DNA of 64,000 bases from Desulfosudis oleivorans (GTDB lineage Bacteria; Desulfobacterota; Desulfobacteria; Desulfobacterales; SURF-7): assembly GCA_020723325.1 (NCBI GenBank), contig DYJD01000003.1, positions 39,822-103,821 on the forward strand, read 5' to 3'. Positions 53,344 through 62,251 of the stretch are shown here, piece by piece. The translations under genes and the position numbers were made by a program. The stretch's first letter is position 1. Every line of letters starts with the position of its first letter. The notes under the pieces were generated by a model. It had not been told where the DNA came from. It saw nothing but the letters and a program-made list of their open reading frames with translations, and made no database searches.

Positions 53344-53997
53344 ATGGATTTATATGAATTGGTACGCGGGCCACTGGCCGTTGCTGCTTTTGCGGTCTTG
53401 ATTCTGGGCAGCTTGTATCGCGCGTTGAGTATGATCAAGGTCGGGAAAAAAGCCAAAATGCTGTATCCCCAGGCGAGTATCAGTGGCGGACTGCGCTCGA
53501 TTTTGCATCATCTGCTGCCGTTTGGGGCGAGTTACATGCGTGCCAGGACTGTGTTCACGGTCATCACCTTTCTCTTTCACATGGCTGTCATCATTCTCCC
53601 GATTTTTCTAATGTCCCATATTGTTTTGTGGTTCGAGTCATTTGGGTTCCTGTGGTGGGAGCTTTCCAAACCCGCTGCCGACACCATGACCGCGGTTGTG
53701 GTTATTGCTTGCCTGTTTTTTATCGGGCGTCGCTTGTTTGTAAGCGAAGTAAGACAAGTGAGCAGTGCATCGGAGTATTTGTTACCCATTCTGATTCTGA
53801 TTGTATTCCTCACCGGCTTTTGTGCATCCCATCAGTGGGGGCCTTACCGCCCCATGCTGATTTTTCATATTGCCACCAGTGAAATACTGATCGCGCTGAT
53901 CCCCTTTTCAAGACTCATGCACATGCTCTTTTTCCCATTCTCAAGGGCATATATGGGCGCCGAGCACAGCAGGGTTTTGGGTGCAAAGGACTGGTAA
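53344..53997 (+). CDS. NarI/DsrM/TmcC-like integral-membrane cytochrome b
   Basis: About five TM helices with conserved-looking His residues (ILHHLLPFG, FHMAVIILPIF, HIVLWF, MHMLFFPFSRAY), as in the nitrate-reductase gamma-subunit fold. Confidence 0.7.
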   Translation: MDLYELVRGPLAVAAFAVLILGSLYRALSMIKVGKKAKMLYPQASISGGLRSILHHLLPFGASYMRARTVFTVITFLFHMAVIILPIFLMSHIVLWFESFGFLWWELSKPAADTMTAVVVIACLFFIGRRLFVSEVRQVSSASEYLLPILILIVFLTGFCASHQWGPYRPMLIFHIATSEILIALIPFSRLMHMLFFPFSRAYMGAEHSRVLGAKDW

Positions 53998-54032
53998 ACA
54001 TTGCCGGGAAACGGCAAGAGAAGGATTCAACG

Positions 54033-54446
54033 ATGTCGTTTTTTAACCGAAAATTCAAATTCATCGGCTGGAGTCTGCTTTGCCTGCTGCTGCAGACGGG
54101 AACTGCATTTGCCCAGGAGGAAAATTATGTGCTGGCCCATCAAGATGTATTCGGCAAAATGCAGCGGCCGGCTGTTCATTTTCCCCATGCCGCGCATGAG
54201 GAAGCCTTGTCTGATGAAGGCTGCGGCGCATGTCATCATGTTTTCGACGAGCAGGTCAAAAAGCTGGTATACACTGAAGGTGAGGAACAGGAATGTAAAA
54301 CCTGCCACGGTTTGAAACCGGCCGGAACCTCACCGGCCTTGCGGGAAGCTTATCACAAAAGCTGTACCGGCTGCCATCGCCTGAAAAAAAAGAATATCGA
54401 AAAGAGCGGGCCGACCACCTGCGGTGAATGTCATCCTAAAAAGTAG
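54033..54446 (+). CDS. Periplasmic tetrahaem cytochrome c3-like protein
   Basis: Signal peptide plus four CxxCH sites (CGACH, CKTCH, CTGCH, CGECH) in 137 aa. Confidence 0.85.
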   Translation: MSFFNRKFKFIGWSLLCLLLQTGTAFAQEENYVLAHQDVFGKMQRPAVHFPHAAHEEALSDEGCGACHHVFDEQVKKLVYTEGEEQECKTCHGLKPAGTSPALREAYHKSCTGCHRLKKKNIEKSGPTTCGECHPKK

Positions 54447-54468
54447 TTCAGCATAAGGAGCAAAGAAA

Positions 54469-55785
54469 GTGGCTTCACACGGCGCAAGCACCCTTGATAT
54501 GAATCTGAATCCGGCCCAGGCCGTGGATTCGCTGCAAAAAATATATCGTAAATACACCAGCCGCAAATTTTTTGCCATGCTGCAGGCCTGTGTCCATTGC
54601 GGCCTGTGCGCGGAGGCCTGCCATTATTATTGCTCGGAAAAAAAATCGGATTTCATTCCAGCCAATCGCATCAAGCGTCTTGCGGCTGTGATCAACGAGT
54701 ATTTTCATCCCCTGAAAAGCAAACTGCCTTTTTTTACTCCTGGCAATCCTTTGACCAATCCCAAATTTGATGGACTGTATAAAGCCGCCTTTGAAAACTG
54801 CACCTTGTGCGGCAAATGCGCCCTTATCTGTCCCATGGGCATTAACACCGGCGAAATTATGTATTTGGCCCGGGCTCTGCTTTTCGGCCTGGGCCGGATC
54901 CCTTCGGGGCTGATCGGGCCGGTGCAGACCACGCTCACCACCGGCAATTATCTCGGCCTGTCCGGGGAGGATTTTATTGAAACCGTGGAGTGGATCGCCG
55001 AGGAAATGGCCGAGGACATGGGCGCGGGCTTCACCATCCCCATTGATAAGGAACAGCCCCAGGTATTGTACATCCCCCATCCCCTGACCCTGCGGGATCT
55101 GCCTTTTCTGTTGATGAGCGAGCTGAAGATATTGGCGGCGGCCGGTGAGGACTACACCCTTTCCACCCATGATTTTGACGTGGTCAACTATGCCTTTTAC
55201 CAAGGGAGTAAAGAGAACGCCTTTCAAATTGCCAATACTACCCTGCAAGCCCGGGAAAAGCTCCAGGCCAAATCCATTGCCCTTGCACCTTGCGGCCACG
55301 GTTACCGGATTCTACGTTGGGAAGTGGAAAAGATGCTGGGGGAAAAGCATAACTTCCCGATTTACTCCCTGGTGGAGTTGATCGATCGCTATATCCAAGA
55401 CGGCCGCTTGAAGTTGGAAAAAGACAAATTTGAAGGCCCCATCACCTATCATGATCCCTGCAACATCGCCCGCCGGGGTGGGATCATTCAGCAGCCCCGC
55501 AACGTCATCAAAGCCTTGACATCCAATTTTGTGGAGATGGAGCCCTACGGCGTGCATAATTTCTGTTGCGGTGGCGGCGGCGGGCTGGCCTCCACCGCGG
55601 ATTTCGGTAAAATCAGGGCCACCATGGGCAAGGCCAAGGCTGAACAAATCCGCAAAACCGGTGCCAAGATCGTGGTCACCGGCTGCTTCAACTGCAAGAC
55701 CCAGATCCGCGATATCGGCCAGAACTACGATTTGGGTATCGAAGTCAAAAGTATCGTGGAGGTTGTGGCTGATTCTATTAGATAA
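54469..55785 (+). CDS. HdrD/DsrK/TmcB-like iron-sulfur protein with CCG domains
   Basis: Two ferredoxin-type motifs (CVHCGLCAEACHYY, CTLCGKCALICPMG) and Cys-rich CCG regions, including HNFCCGGGGG and VVTGCFNCK. The start is GTG 54469 or ATG 54499. Confidence 0.85.
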   Translation: MASHGASTLDMNLNPAQAVDSLQKIYRKYTSRKFFAMLQACVHCGLCAEACHYYCSEKKSDFIPANRIKRLAAVINEYFHPLKSKLPFFTPGNPLTNPKFDGLYKAAFENCTLCGKCALICPMGINTGEIMYLARALLFGLGRIPSGLIGPVQTTLTTGNYLGLSGEDFIETVEWIAEEMAEDMGAGFTIPIDKEQPQVLYIPHPLTLRDLPFLLMSELKILAAAGEDYTLSTHDFDVVNYAFYQGSKENAFQIANTTLQAREKLQAKSIALAPCGHGYRILRWEVEKMLGEKHNFPIYSLVELIDRYIQDGRLKLEKDKFEGPITYHDPCNIARRGGIIQQPRNVIKALTSNFVEMEPYGVHNFCCGGGGGLASTADFGKIRATMGKAKAEQIRKTGAKIVVTGCFNCKTQIRDIGQNYDLGIEVKSIVEVVADSIR

Positions 55786-58249
55786 GGGGTCTACACTTTT
55801 CACACTTTTCCGAATATTTGTCGAAAGTGTAGCGCTGATCGCTCCTTTCCGCTGTTATCAAGTTGCCGACAATAACAACACCTAAAACAATTAAGATCCA
55901 TTTCACCATATGATTATCGCTCTCTTGGCCGGCGATTTCAATAAAACAATTTCCTCCTCCGGACTTGGGACTCCCTGCATTATTTTCCTCATAATTGGTT
56001 TCAGTGGGATTCGATATATTCACAGTCCATAATGCCGCATGCATTAGACCCGAGGAAATAGTGCTATTTCCTATTATCTGACCGTTATCGTTAACGGCAA
56101 TAGCATCGCTGCTATTGCCGCCTAGGGTGCCTAGGTCAATCATTCCGTCAGTCTCTGTCCAACTAAAGGCATGCATCTCGCTAGAGGCGGTCAAAATATG
56201 TCCAACTACTTGGCCATGACTGTTGATGGCATAGGCAAGGCTTTCATTTCCGCCCAGGGCGCCCAGGTCCACCATCCCACCTTCTGCTGTCCATTTGAAT
56301 GCATGCGTTTCTTCTGAAGCGGTAGTGCTTGCCCCCACGACCTGGCCGCTATCATTAATGTCAAATGCCCAGCTTTTTTCCCCGCCCAGAGTGCCCAGAT
56401 CCTTCATCCCGCCGGTCTCTGTCCAAATAAAGGCATGTTCGGCTCCATGCTCTGTTTTGCTTTTTCCAACTACTTGGCCGGAGTTGTTAATGGCGTATGG
56501 CAAGGTCCCACATAGAGAGTCTAATCCGAGAGAGCCGAGGTGAACAATTCCTCTATCCGCCGTCCAACTGAAGCCGACAGAGCAAAAATTTCTTGGTTCT
56601 GTTGGAAAGCCGTCCCCTCGAGTCGATCCTACCACTTGGCCATGATTGTTAACGGCCGTGGCGTAGCCCCCATAGATATCCAGGTCAACCATGCCGCTGT
56701 TTTTTGTCCATGTGAAGGCATGTCTATAACCTGAAGATAGAAAACTCGTACCGACGACTTGGCCATAATCGTTAACGGCATAGGCAGAGCTTTGTAGCCC
56801 GCCCAAAGTGCCGAGGTCAAGCATTCCTCCTTCGGCCGTCCAACTGAAGGCGCGCTCAAGTCCGGAGGCGAGAGCACTTACCCCAACAATCTGGCCTGAA
56901 TTATTGATGGAGGTTCCAGAACTCCTGCTTTGTTTCCCTCTTTCACCCGATATGCCAAGGTCTACTATTCCTCCTTCGGCTGTCCAAGTGAAGGCGTGGA
57001 CATCAGGTCCCTCCGACTCACATTTACCGATGATCTGGCCGAGATTGTTGATGGATAAGGCGCTGCTGCCTTGTTCGCCCATGGTGCCGAGATCGATCAT
57101 CCCTCCCGCGGCCGTCCAAACGAAGGCGTGAAAATCTCCTGATTTAGTGGAACTCGAGCCAATTATCTGGCCTATGTTGTTGACGGCATCGGCAAAGCTC
57201 TTGCTTCCACCTATGGTACCGAGATCAATCATTCCAGTCTCGGCCGTCCAACTGAATGCGTGCTCCTCTCCTGATGAAGCAAGACTATATCCTACGACCT
57301 GACCGTGGTCGTTAATGGCCGTAGCATAGCTAGTATTTCCACCCAGCGTGCCGAGATCAATCATCCCTCCTGCAGCCGTCCAGCTAAAGGCATGATGATC
57401 TCCTGAGGAGGTTTGACTCGACCCAACGACTTGGCCTAAATCATTTACGGAATTGGCCCAGCTTGAGCCCCCCAAGGTGCCGAGGTCAATCATACCGCCT
57501 TCGACGGTCCAGCTAAAGGCATGCATCTCTGTAAGGGAAACACCGCTGACTCCCACTACTTGACCGCGGTTGTTGACGGCATAAGCAATACTCGGACTTA
57601 AACCCAGGGTACCTATGTCAATCATTCCATCCTTGGCCGTCCAACTGAATGCGTGTTCCTCTCCTGATGCGGTATAACTTTCTCCCACGACTTGGCCGAG
57701 ATCGTTGATATCCCAGACTGCGATTGGGTAGCCTCCCAAGCTTCCGATGTCGACCATTCCATCACCGGCTGTCCAACTAAATGCGTGCTCCTCTTCTGAT
57801 GAAGCAAGACTATGTCCTGCGACTTGGCCGTGGTTGTTAATGGCCGTAGCATAGCTACTATTTCCACCTAGCGTGCCGAGATCAATCATCCCTTCTGCGG
57901 CCGTCCAACTGAAGGCGTGATTATCTCCTGAGGAGGTCTTACTCCACCCAACGATTTGGCCCAGATCGTTTATGGCAGCGACGGCGCCCTCTTTCCCCAA
58001 TAATTTATTGAGGTCGACGATTCCCCCGGCGGCTGTCCAACTGAAGGCTCGAATTCGACTGGTTGATGGAAATAAAGTCGCACTCTCTCCAACGACCTGC
58101 CCTTGCTGGTTTATAGCAGAAGCTGTACTATAATACCCGCCGAGTGTGCCGATATCGATTATTACAACCTTTACATCTGCGCCTGCCCTTGTTGACAGAA
58201 GCAACAGCAATATGATTTGGAACAGTGTAAAATTACCAATCTTTGCCAT
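55778..58249 (-). CDS. Giant HAF-family extracellular repeat protein with a C-terminal membrane anchor
   Basis: Signal peptide, then about 16 tandem ~45-aa units of the form ...HAF(S/T)WT..GGM(I/V)DLGTLGG..S.A.AIN..GQVVG. C-terminal TM segment WILIVLGVVIVGNLI. Confidence 0.85.
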   Translation of the reverse strand: MAKIGNFTLFQIILLLLLSTRAGADVKVVIIDIGTLGGYYSTASAINQQGQVVGESATLFPSTSRIRAFSWTAAGGIVDLNKLLGKEGAVAAINDLGQIVGWSKTSSGDNHAFSWTAAEGMIDLGTLGGNSSYATAINNHGQVAGHSLASSEEEHAFSWTAGDGMVDIGSLGGYPIAVWDINDLGQVVGESYTASGEEHAFSWTAKDGMIDIGTLGLSPSIAYAVNNRGQVVGVSGVSLTEMHAFSWTVEGGMIDLGTLGGSSWANSVNDLGQVVGSSQTSSGDHHAFSWTAAGGMIDLGTLGGNTSYATAINDHGQVVGYSLASSGEEHAFSWTAETGMIDLGTIGGSKSFADAVNNIGQIIGSSSTKSGDFHAFVWTAAGGMIDLGTMGEQGSSALSINNLGQIIGKCESEGPDVHAFTWTAEGGIVDLGISGERGKQSRSSGTSINNSGQIVGVSALASGLERAFSWTAEGGMLDLGTLGGLQSSAYAVNDYGQVVGTSFLSSGYRHAFTWTKNSGMVDLDIYGGYATAVNNHGQVVGSTRGDGFPTEPRNFCSVGFSWTADRGIVHLGSLGLDSLCGTLPYAINNSGQVVGKSKTEHGAEHAFIWTETGGMKDLGTLGGEKSWAFDINDSGQVVGASTTASEETHAFKWTAEGGMVDLGALGGNESLAYAINSHGQVVGHILTASSEMHAFSWTETDGMIDLGTLGGNSSDAIAVNDNGQIIGNSTISSGLMHAALWTVNISNPTETNYEENNAGSPKSGGGNCFIEIAGQESDNHMVKWILIVLGVVIVGNLITAERSDQRYTFDKYSEKCEKCRPLI

Positions 58250-58297
58250 ATTCTCACCATGTAATGATAGTAGACCCTATCTGTAAAAATTAAAAAT

Positions 58298-58840
58298 TCA
58301 AGATACTTGTTTGGCAAATTGATTTTCAGGCAATGTTTTTGTTACTTTTTGAACCATCTGGATAATGCTGTCCCGGAATTCCCGGTATTGCGGCTCTGAT
58401 AGATCACCGGTCAAAACCCATTCCAAGGCATAATTGAAGCCCAAATAATCATAGGTATAATCCCCGAACTCCGTGCGCAGGTAGTCGATGGCCTTGCGGC
58501 AGAAAAAGGCAAGACAAATAGGACTTTTGTGAGTACCCAGCCGGCAGCCTGTGAAGGGATCATGGTATTCACAGGGTGAGACCGCATTTTGCCGGTCCTG
58601 GTCCTGGGGCTTTCCGTAGCGTTTTTCCCTTTCCTCCCGCAGGCGTTCAAAAGCCGGATGGGGCAGATCATATAGGCAATAATACTTGTCCCGGCAGCAG
58701 GCGGCCACAGGCCGGCCCTGGCTTTTTTCCAGTTCGCTCTTAATACACTTGGAATAACAGTAGTCAAAAACGGCAAAAAATCCGTTGAGCAGGTTTTCCA
58801 GCTCCAGATAACGTGTCAGGTTGGTTTCGGCGGAATTCAT
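58298..58840 (-). CDS. Cys-rich protein, YkgJ/UPF0153-like cysteine-cluster candidate
   Basis: CYSKC...ACCRDKYYC...SPCEYH...GCRL...SPICLAFFC. It sits directly upstream of the HAF gene on the same strand. Confidence 0.5.
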   Translation of the reverse strand: MNSAETNLTRYLELENLLNGFFAVFDYCYSKCIKSELEKSQGRPVAACCRDKYYCLYDLPHPAFERLREEREKRYGKPQDQDRQNAVSPCEYHDPFTGCRLGTHKSPICLAFFCRKAIDYLRTEFGDYTYDYLGFNYALEWVLTGDLSEPQYREFRDSIIQMVQKVTKTLPENQFAKQVS

Positions 58841-58982
58841 ATAAAGGCCGCTCGGCGCTCCGGTCTGAAAATTGCACAGCCGGTTGTGAATGCTTGCGGT
58901 ATCATTCCGGCCGAATAATCACACTGGGCCGGATCTGTCAACCGATAAAAGTTTTTTTTGCTTTCTATTTTGTAAAAAAGAG

Positions 58983-59062
58983 GTCTTGATAGACATTTCG
59001 GTCATCCTCGATTGTGGGAGCGGCTTCCAGCAGCGATTCGGCCGAAATCATGATCACCGGCA
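58983..59062. repeat. 80-bp REP element, family 2, copy 2 (opposite orientation to copy 1)
   Basis: GTCTTGATAGACATTTCGGTCATCCTCGATT-GTGGGAGCGGCTTCCAGCAGCGAT-TCGGCCGAAATCATGATCACCGGC. The core differs by one base from the reverse complement of 37325-37348. Confidence 0.8.
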
Positions 59063-59354
59063 AAGCAGGATCTGGACAAACTGCTTCGCACCGCTCAACT
59101 GGTCGAGGCCGATAAAACCGTCCTGATCTCCTATACCCGGACGGAAATCGACGGCGGGAAAATCCTTGTCACCCATTTGACCGGCATATTGGAACGTTTG
59201 AAAGAAACGCGGGGGGGAATAGCCAGCCTGGGAATCCCTGAAATAATGCTGTATATTGTAATATTTTAATTGACAAACAACTATATATTGTGGTAATGAG
59301 CCCGGCAAGATCATAACAAGCTGCCTTGAAACACACAAATCAGCGGGTGCCCTT

Positions 59355-59588
59355 ATGCCACAGGAAACGGAAAAGCGTTTTGTTGTTGAGCGTAGGTCGG
59401 GTAAGGAGCGGCGTTCCAATCCATCTTCTGAAGCATGTGATGATCAGGTCCGCGTATCCCTTCCGGCGATACGGACAGATAATAGACCTGTCAGTAGTCG
59501 CTATCGCTCCGTCATCCATAAAGCCGTTGATCGGATGATTCAGCATGACATTGAGCGCATCAAGCAGGATGCGTGCGATGTTTTGTAA
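59355..59588 (+). CDS. Hypothetical small basic protein
   Basis: 77-aa ORF with an ERRSGKERRS motif. No family recognised, and it lies in a decayed region. Confidence 0.3.
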   Translation: MPQETEKRFVVERRSGKERRSNPSSEACDDQVRVSLPAIRTDNRPVSSRYRSVIHKAVDRMIQHDIERIKQDACDVL

Positions 59589-59963
59589 GGGGTAATATAC
59601 TGGGCAGAATTAAATCCCCAGTCATTGCCAAATATTTACCGCCTGGATCTGAAGCAGGGTAAGCATAAAACCAGGAAGATGGTGCGCCTGGTGGAAGACG
59701 GCTTTTTCATGAATGCGGAGAATACGGAAGCCGCGTCCATGACGGCATTCGATTATTTCCGATTGGAAGGAAGATGTATTCGACATCCTGCCCTACGATG
59801 AGCTTGGCCGCTTCAAGCGTCGGCTGATCCCTTTTATCACCTGGGAACCGCTGCCCATCCTTAAACCCAACAGATGGAAGAAATATTGACACGTTTGGGC
59901 CGATTTTTATAAAAGACCTATCAACGCAAAATACAAGGAACGTGTTATCCAAGGAAAAGCAAG

Positions 59964-60755
59964 ATGGACCATCCGGATTATTATCAGATGTTAGGGGTTT
60001 CCCAGGAGGCGACGGCCAAGCAAATCAAGGATGCTTATCGCGAGCTGGCCTTTCAGTTTCACCCGGACCGCAACAAGGGGGATGCGGCGGCTGCGGAAAA
60101 AATGAAGCAGCTCAACGAAGCCTATGCCGTGCTGTCCAATCCCCGCAAAAGGGGCGAATACGACGGCTTGCGGCGGCAGTACGGTTCCGATGGGGCTTAC
60201 GGCCGTTTCCGCAACCAATATACGGAGCAGGATATTTTTTCCGGCACGGATTTTAACAGCATTTTTGATGAACTGGCGCGGACTTTCGGCTTGCGGGGCT
60301 TTGATGAAATCTTTAAGGATCTGTATCATACCCAGGGCCGGACTTTTCAATTCAAAAGGCCGGGCTTATCCGGCAAAGGTTTCTTTTTTTTCGGAGCCTT
60401 TGGCATGGGGGGACCGTTTGCATTGCTTAATGCCGGCCGCCTGGCCGGTTTCATGCGGCCGCTGCTGGGCGGATTGGGGAATCTGCTGCTTCCCAAGGCC
60501 GGCCGGGATCTTTTCGACACCATCGAGATCAGCCCGGACATGGCGGTCCAGGGCGGGCCGTATGCCTATTACCATGCCTGGCAGTCCAAGAAGCTGGTGG
60601 TGAAAATCCCGCCGGGAGTGAAACATGGTCAGAAGATCAGGCTGGCAGGCATGGGGGCGCCGCCACAGGAGGGCGGTAAAACCGGCGACTTGTATCTGCG
60701 GGTGGTGTTGCGGCGTTCGCTTTTGGAAAAAATCTGGAAAAAAATTACGAATTAG
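59964..60755 (+). CDS. J-domain (DnaJ-class) co-chaperone-like protein
   Basis: DYYQMLGVSQEATAKQIKDAYRELAFQFHPDRNKGD includes the HPD tripeptide. The C-terminal beta-rich region is CbpA/DnaJ-like and lacks the zinc finger. Confidence 0.8.
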   Translation: MDHPDYYQMLGVSQEATAKQIKDAYRELAFQFHPDRNKGDAAAAEKMKQLNEAYAVLSNPRKRGEYDGLRRQYGSDGAYGRFRNQYTEQDIFSGTDFNSIFDELARTFGLRGFDEIFKDLYHTQGRTFQFKRPGLSGKGFFFFGAFGMGGPFALLNAGRLAGFMRPLLGGLGNLLLPKAGRDLFDTIEISPDMAVQGGPYAYYHAWQSKKLVVKIPPGVKHGQKIRLAGMGAPPQEGGKTGDLYLRVVLRRSLLEKIWKKITN

Positions 60756-60760
60756 GAATT

Positions 60761-62251
60761 ATGAATACCGTTGCAAAAAAGGTGGTGGTGCGGTTTGCGC
60801 CCAGCCCCACGGGGTATCTGCATATCGGCGGGGCGCGGACGGCGATTTTCAACTGGCTGTATGCCAAAAAGACCGGCGGCAAGTTCATTTTGCGCATTGA
60901 GGATACGGATGCGGAGCGCTCTTCCAAGGATTCGGTCCAGGGCATTTTGGACGGCATGCGCTGGCTGGGCCTTGACTGGGACGAGGGACCCAACTTCCAG
61001 AGCGAATTCACGGCGGACCATCTGACGGCAGCCGGCAAACTCCTGGCAAGCGGCCATGCCTATAAATGCTTTTGCACCCAGGAAGTCCTGGAGCAAAAAC
61101 GCACGGCAGCCCGGGATGCCAAGGCGACTTTTGTTTATGACGGCCTTTGCCGCGATCTGTCCCCGGAAGAAACGGCTGCCAAGGAAGTCGCCGGTTTGCC
61201 CTATACCATCCGTTTGAAAGTGCCGCGGCAGCCGGGGGCAGTGGTTTTTGAAGATGCGGTATATGGGGTGATCGAAAAGAAATTCCAGGACATCGAGGAT
61301 TTTGTCATCGTACGCTCCAACGGCCGGCCCCTGTATGTGCTTTCCAATGCCGTGGACGATATCCGTGACGGCATCACCCATGTGATCCGGGGACAGGACG
61401 GGCTGGCCAATACCCCCAAGCAGATTCTGCTGTACCAGGCCCTGGGGGCTCCGCTGCCCGTTTTTGCCCACATGTCTTTGGCCCTGGACCCACAGAAAGC
61501 CAAAATTTCCAAGCGCAAGCATGGTGAGCCGGTGGCCATCCATTTCTACCGGGAAAAGGGCTTTCTGCCTTGGGCCCTTATCAATTTTCTGGTGCTGCTG
61601 GGCTGGTCCACGCCGGACAACCGCGAGATCTTTTCGGAAACGGAATTGATCGCGGCCTTTTCTTTTGTCGGCATCAGCCGCAACAACCCGGTGATGGACC
61701 TGCGCCAGGATGACCCCAAATTCATCACCGATCCCAAAGCGGTCAGCATCAATGCCCATTATCTGCGCACCCTGCCCAAGGAGGAAATTGCTGGACATGT
61801 CCGCACCCAATTGGAAAAAAGCGGTTTATGGCAAGCCGATTTTGCAGAAGGACGGGCGGACTGGTTCAGGGAAACCGTGGATCTGATCCGCGGCCGGTTT
61901 CAGCTTTTGACGGATTTTGTCACCTTGGGACGGGCCTATTTTTCCGATGAATTCGCCCTGGATCCAAAGGCCCTTGAAAAATATGTCTTGGCCCATTGGG
62001 AACTCAAAACCCGGTTGCCGGAACTAGGCCAGCGCGTGGCCGCCCTTGCGCCCTTCACCGCCGGGACCCTGGAACAGGCCCTGCGGGAAGCGGCAGCGGA
62101 TTTCAGCCTGAAATTGGGCATCCTGGTAAACGCCGTGCGGGTGGTGGTGACCGGTCATCCCGTGGGACCGGAATTCCTGGAATGTCTGCTGTGCATCGGA
62201 CAGGAAAAAACAGCGCAGCGCCTGGATAAGGCCCAGGGGCTATGGAATTAG
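60761..62251 (+). CDS. gltX: Glutamate--tRNA ligase
   Basis: RFAPSPTGYLHIGG (HIGH) and AKISKRK (KMSKS-type). 496 aa. Confidence 0.93.
   Translation: MNTVAKKVVVRFAPSPTGYLHIGGARTAIFNWLYAKKTGGKFILRIEDTDAERSSKDSVQGILDGMRWLGLDWDEGPNFQSEFTADHLTAAGKLLASGHAYKCFCTQEVLEQKRTAARDAKATFVYDGLCRDLSPEETAAKEVAGLPYTIRLKVPRQPGAVVFEDAVYGVIEKKFQDIEDFVIVRSNGRPLYVLSNAVDDIRDGITHVIRGQDGLANTPKQILLYQALGAPLPVFAHMSLALDPQKAKISKRKHGEPVAIHFYREKGFLPWALINFLVLLGWSTPDNREIFSETELIAAFSFVGISRNNPVMDLRQDDPKFITDPKAVSINAHYLRTLPKEEIAGHVRTQLEKSGLWQADFAEGRADWFRETVDLIRGRFQLLTDFVTLGRAYFSDEFALDPKALEKYVLAHWELKTRLPELGQRVAALAPFTAGTLEQALREAAADFSLKLGILVNAVRVVVTGHPVGPEFLECLLCIGQEKTAQRLDKAQGLWN

Noticed and set aside
55778-58249. The HAF gene region as a tRNA-linked genomic island (tRNA-Gly and tRNA-Cys lie at 51.75-51.91 kb).
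   Set aside because: I recognised no integrase and no direct repeat of a tRNA 3' end. The intervening genes (ATP-grasp, Tmc-like module) look like core metabolism with normal composition.
59054-59952. Minus-strand ORFs 59054-59419 (121 aa) and 59707-59952 (81 aa).
   Set aside because: Both are antisense to more protein-like, though broken, plus-strand frames, and they have no motifs. They are treated as artefacts of a decayed region.
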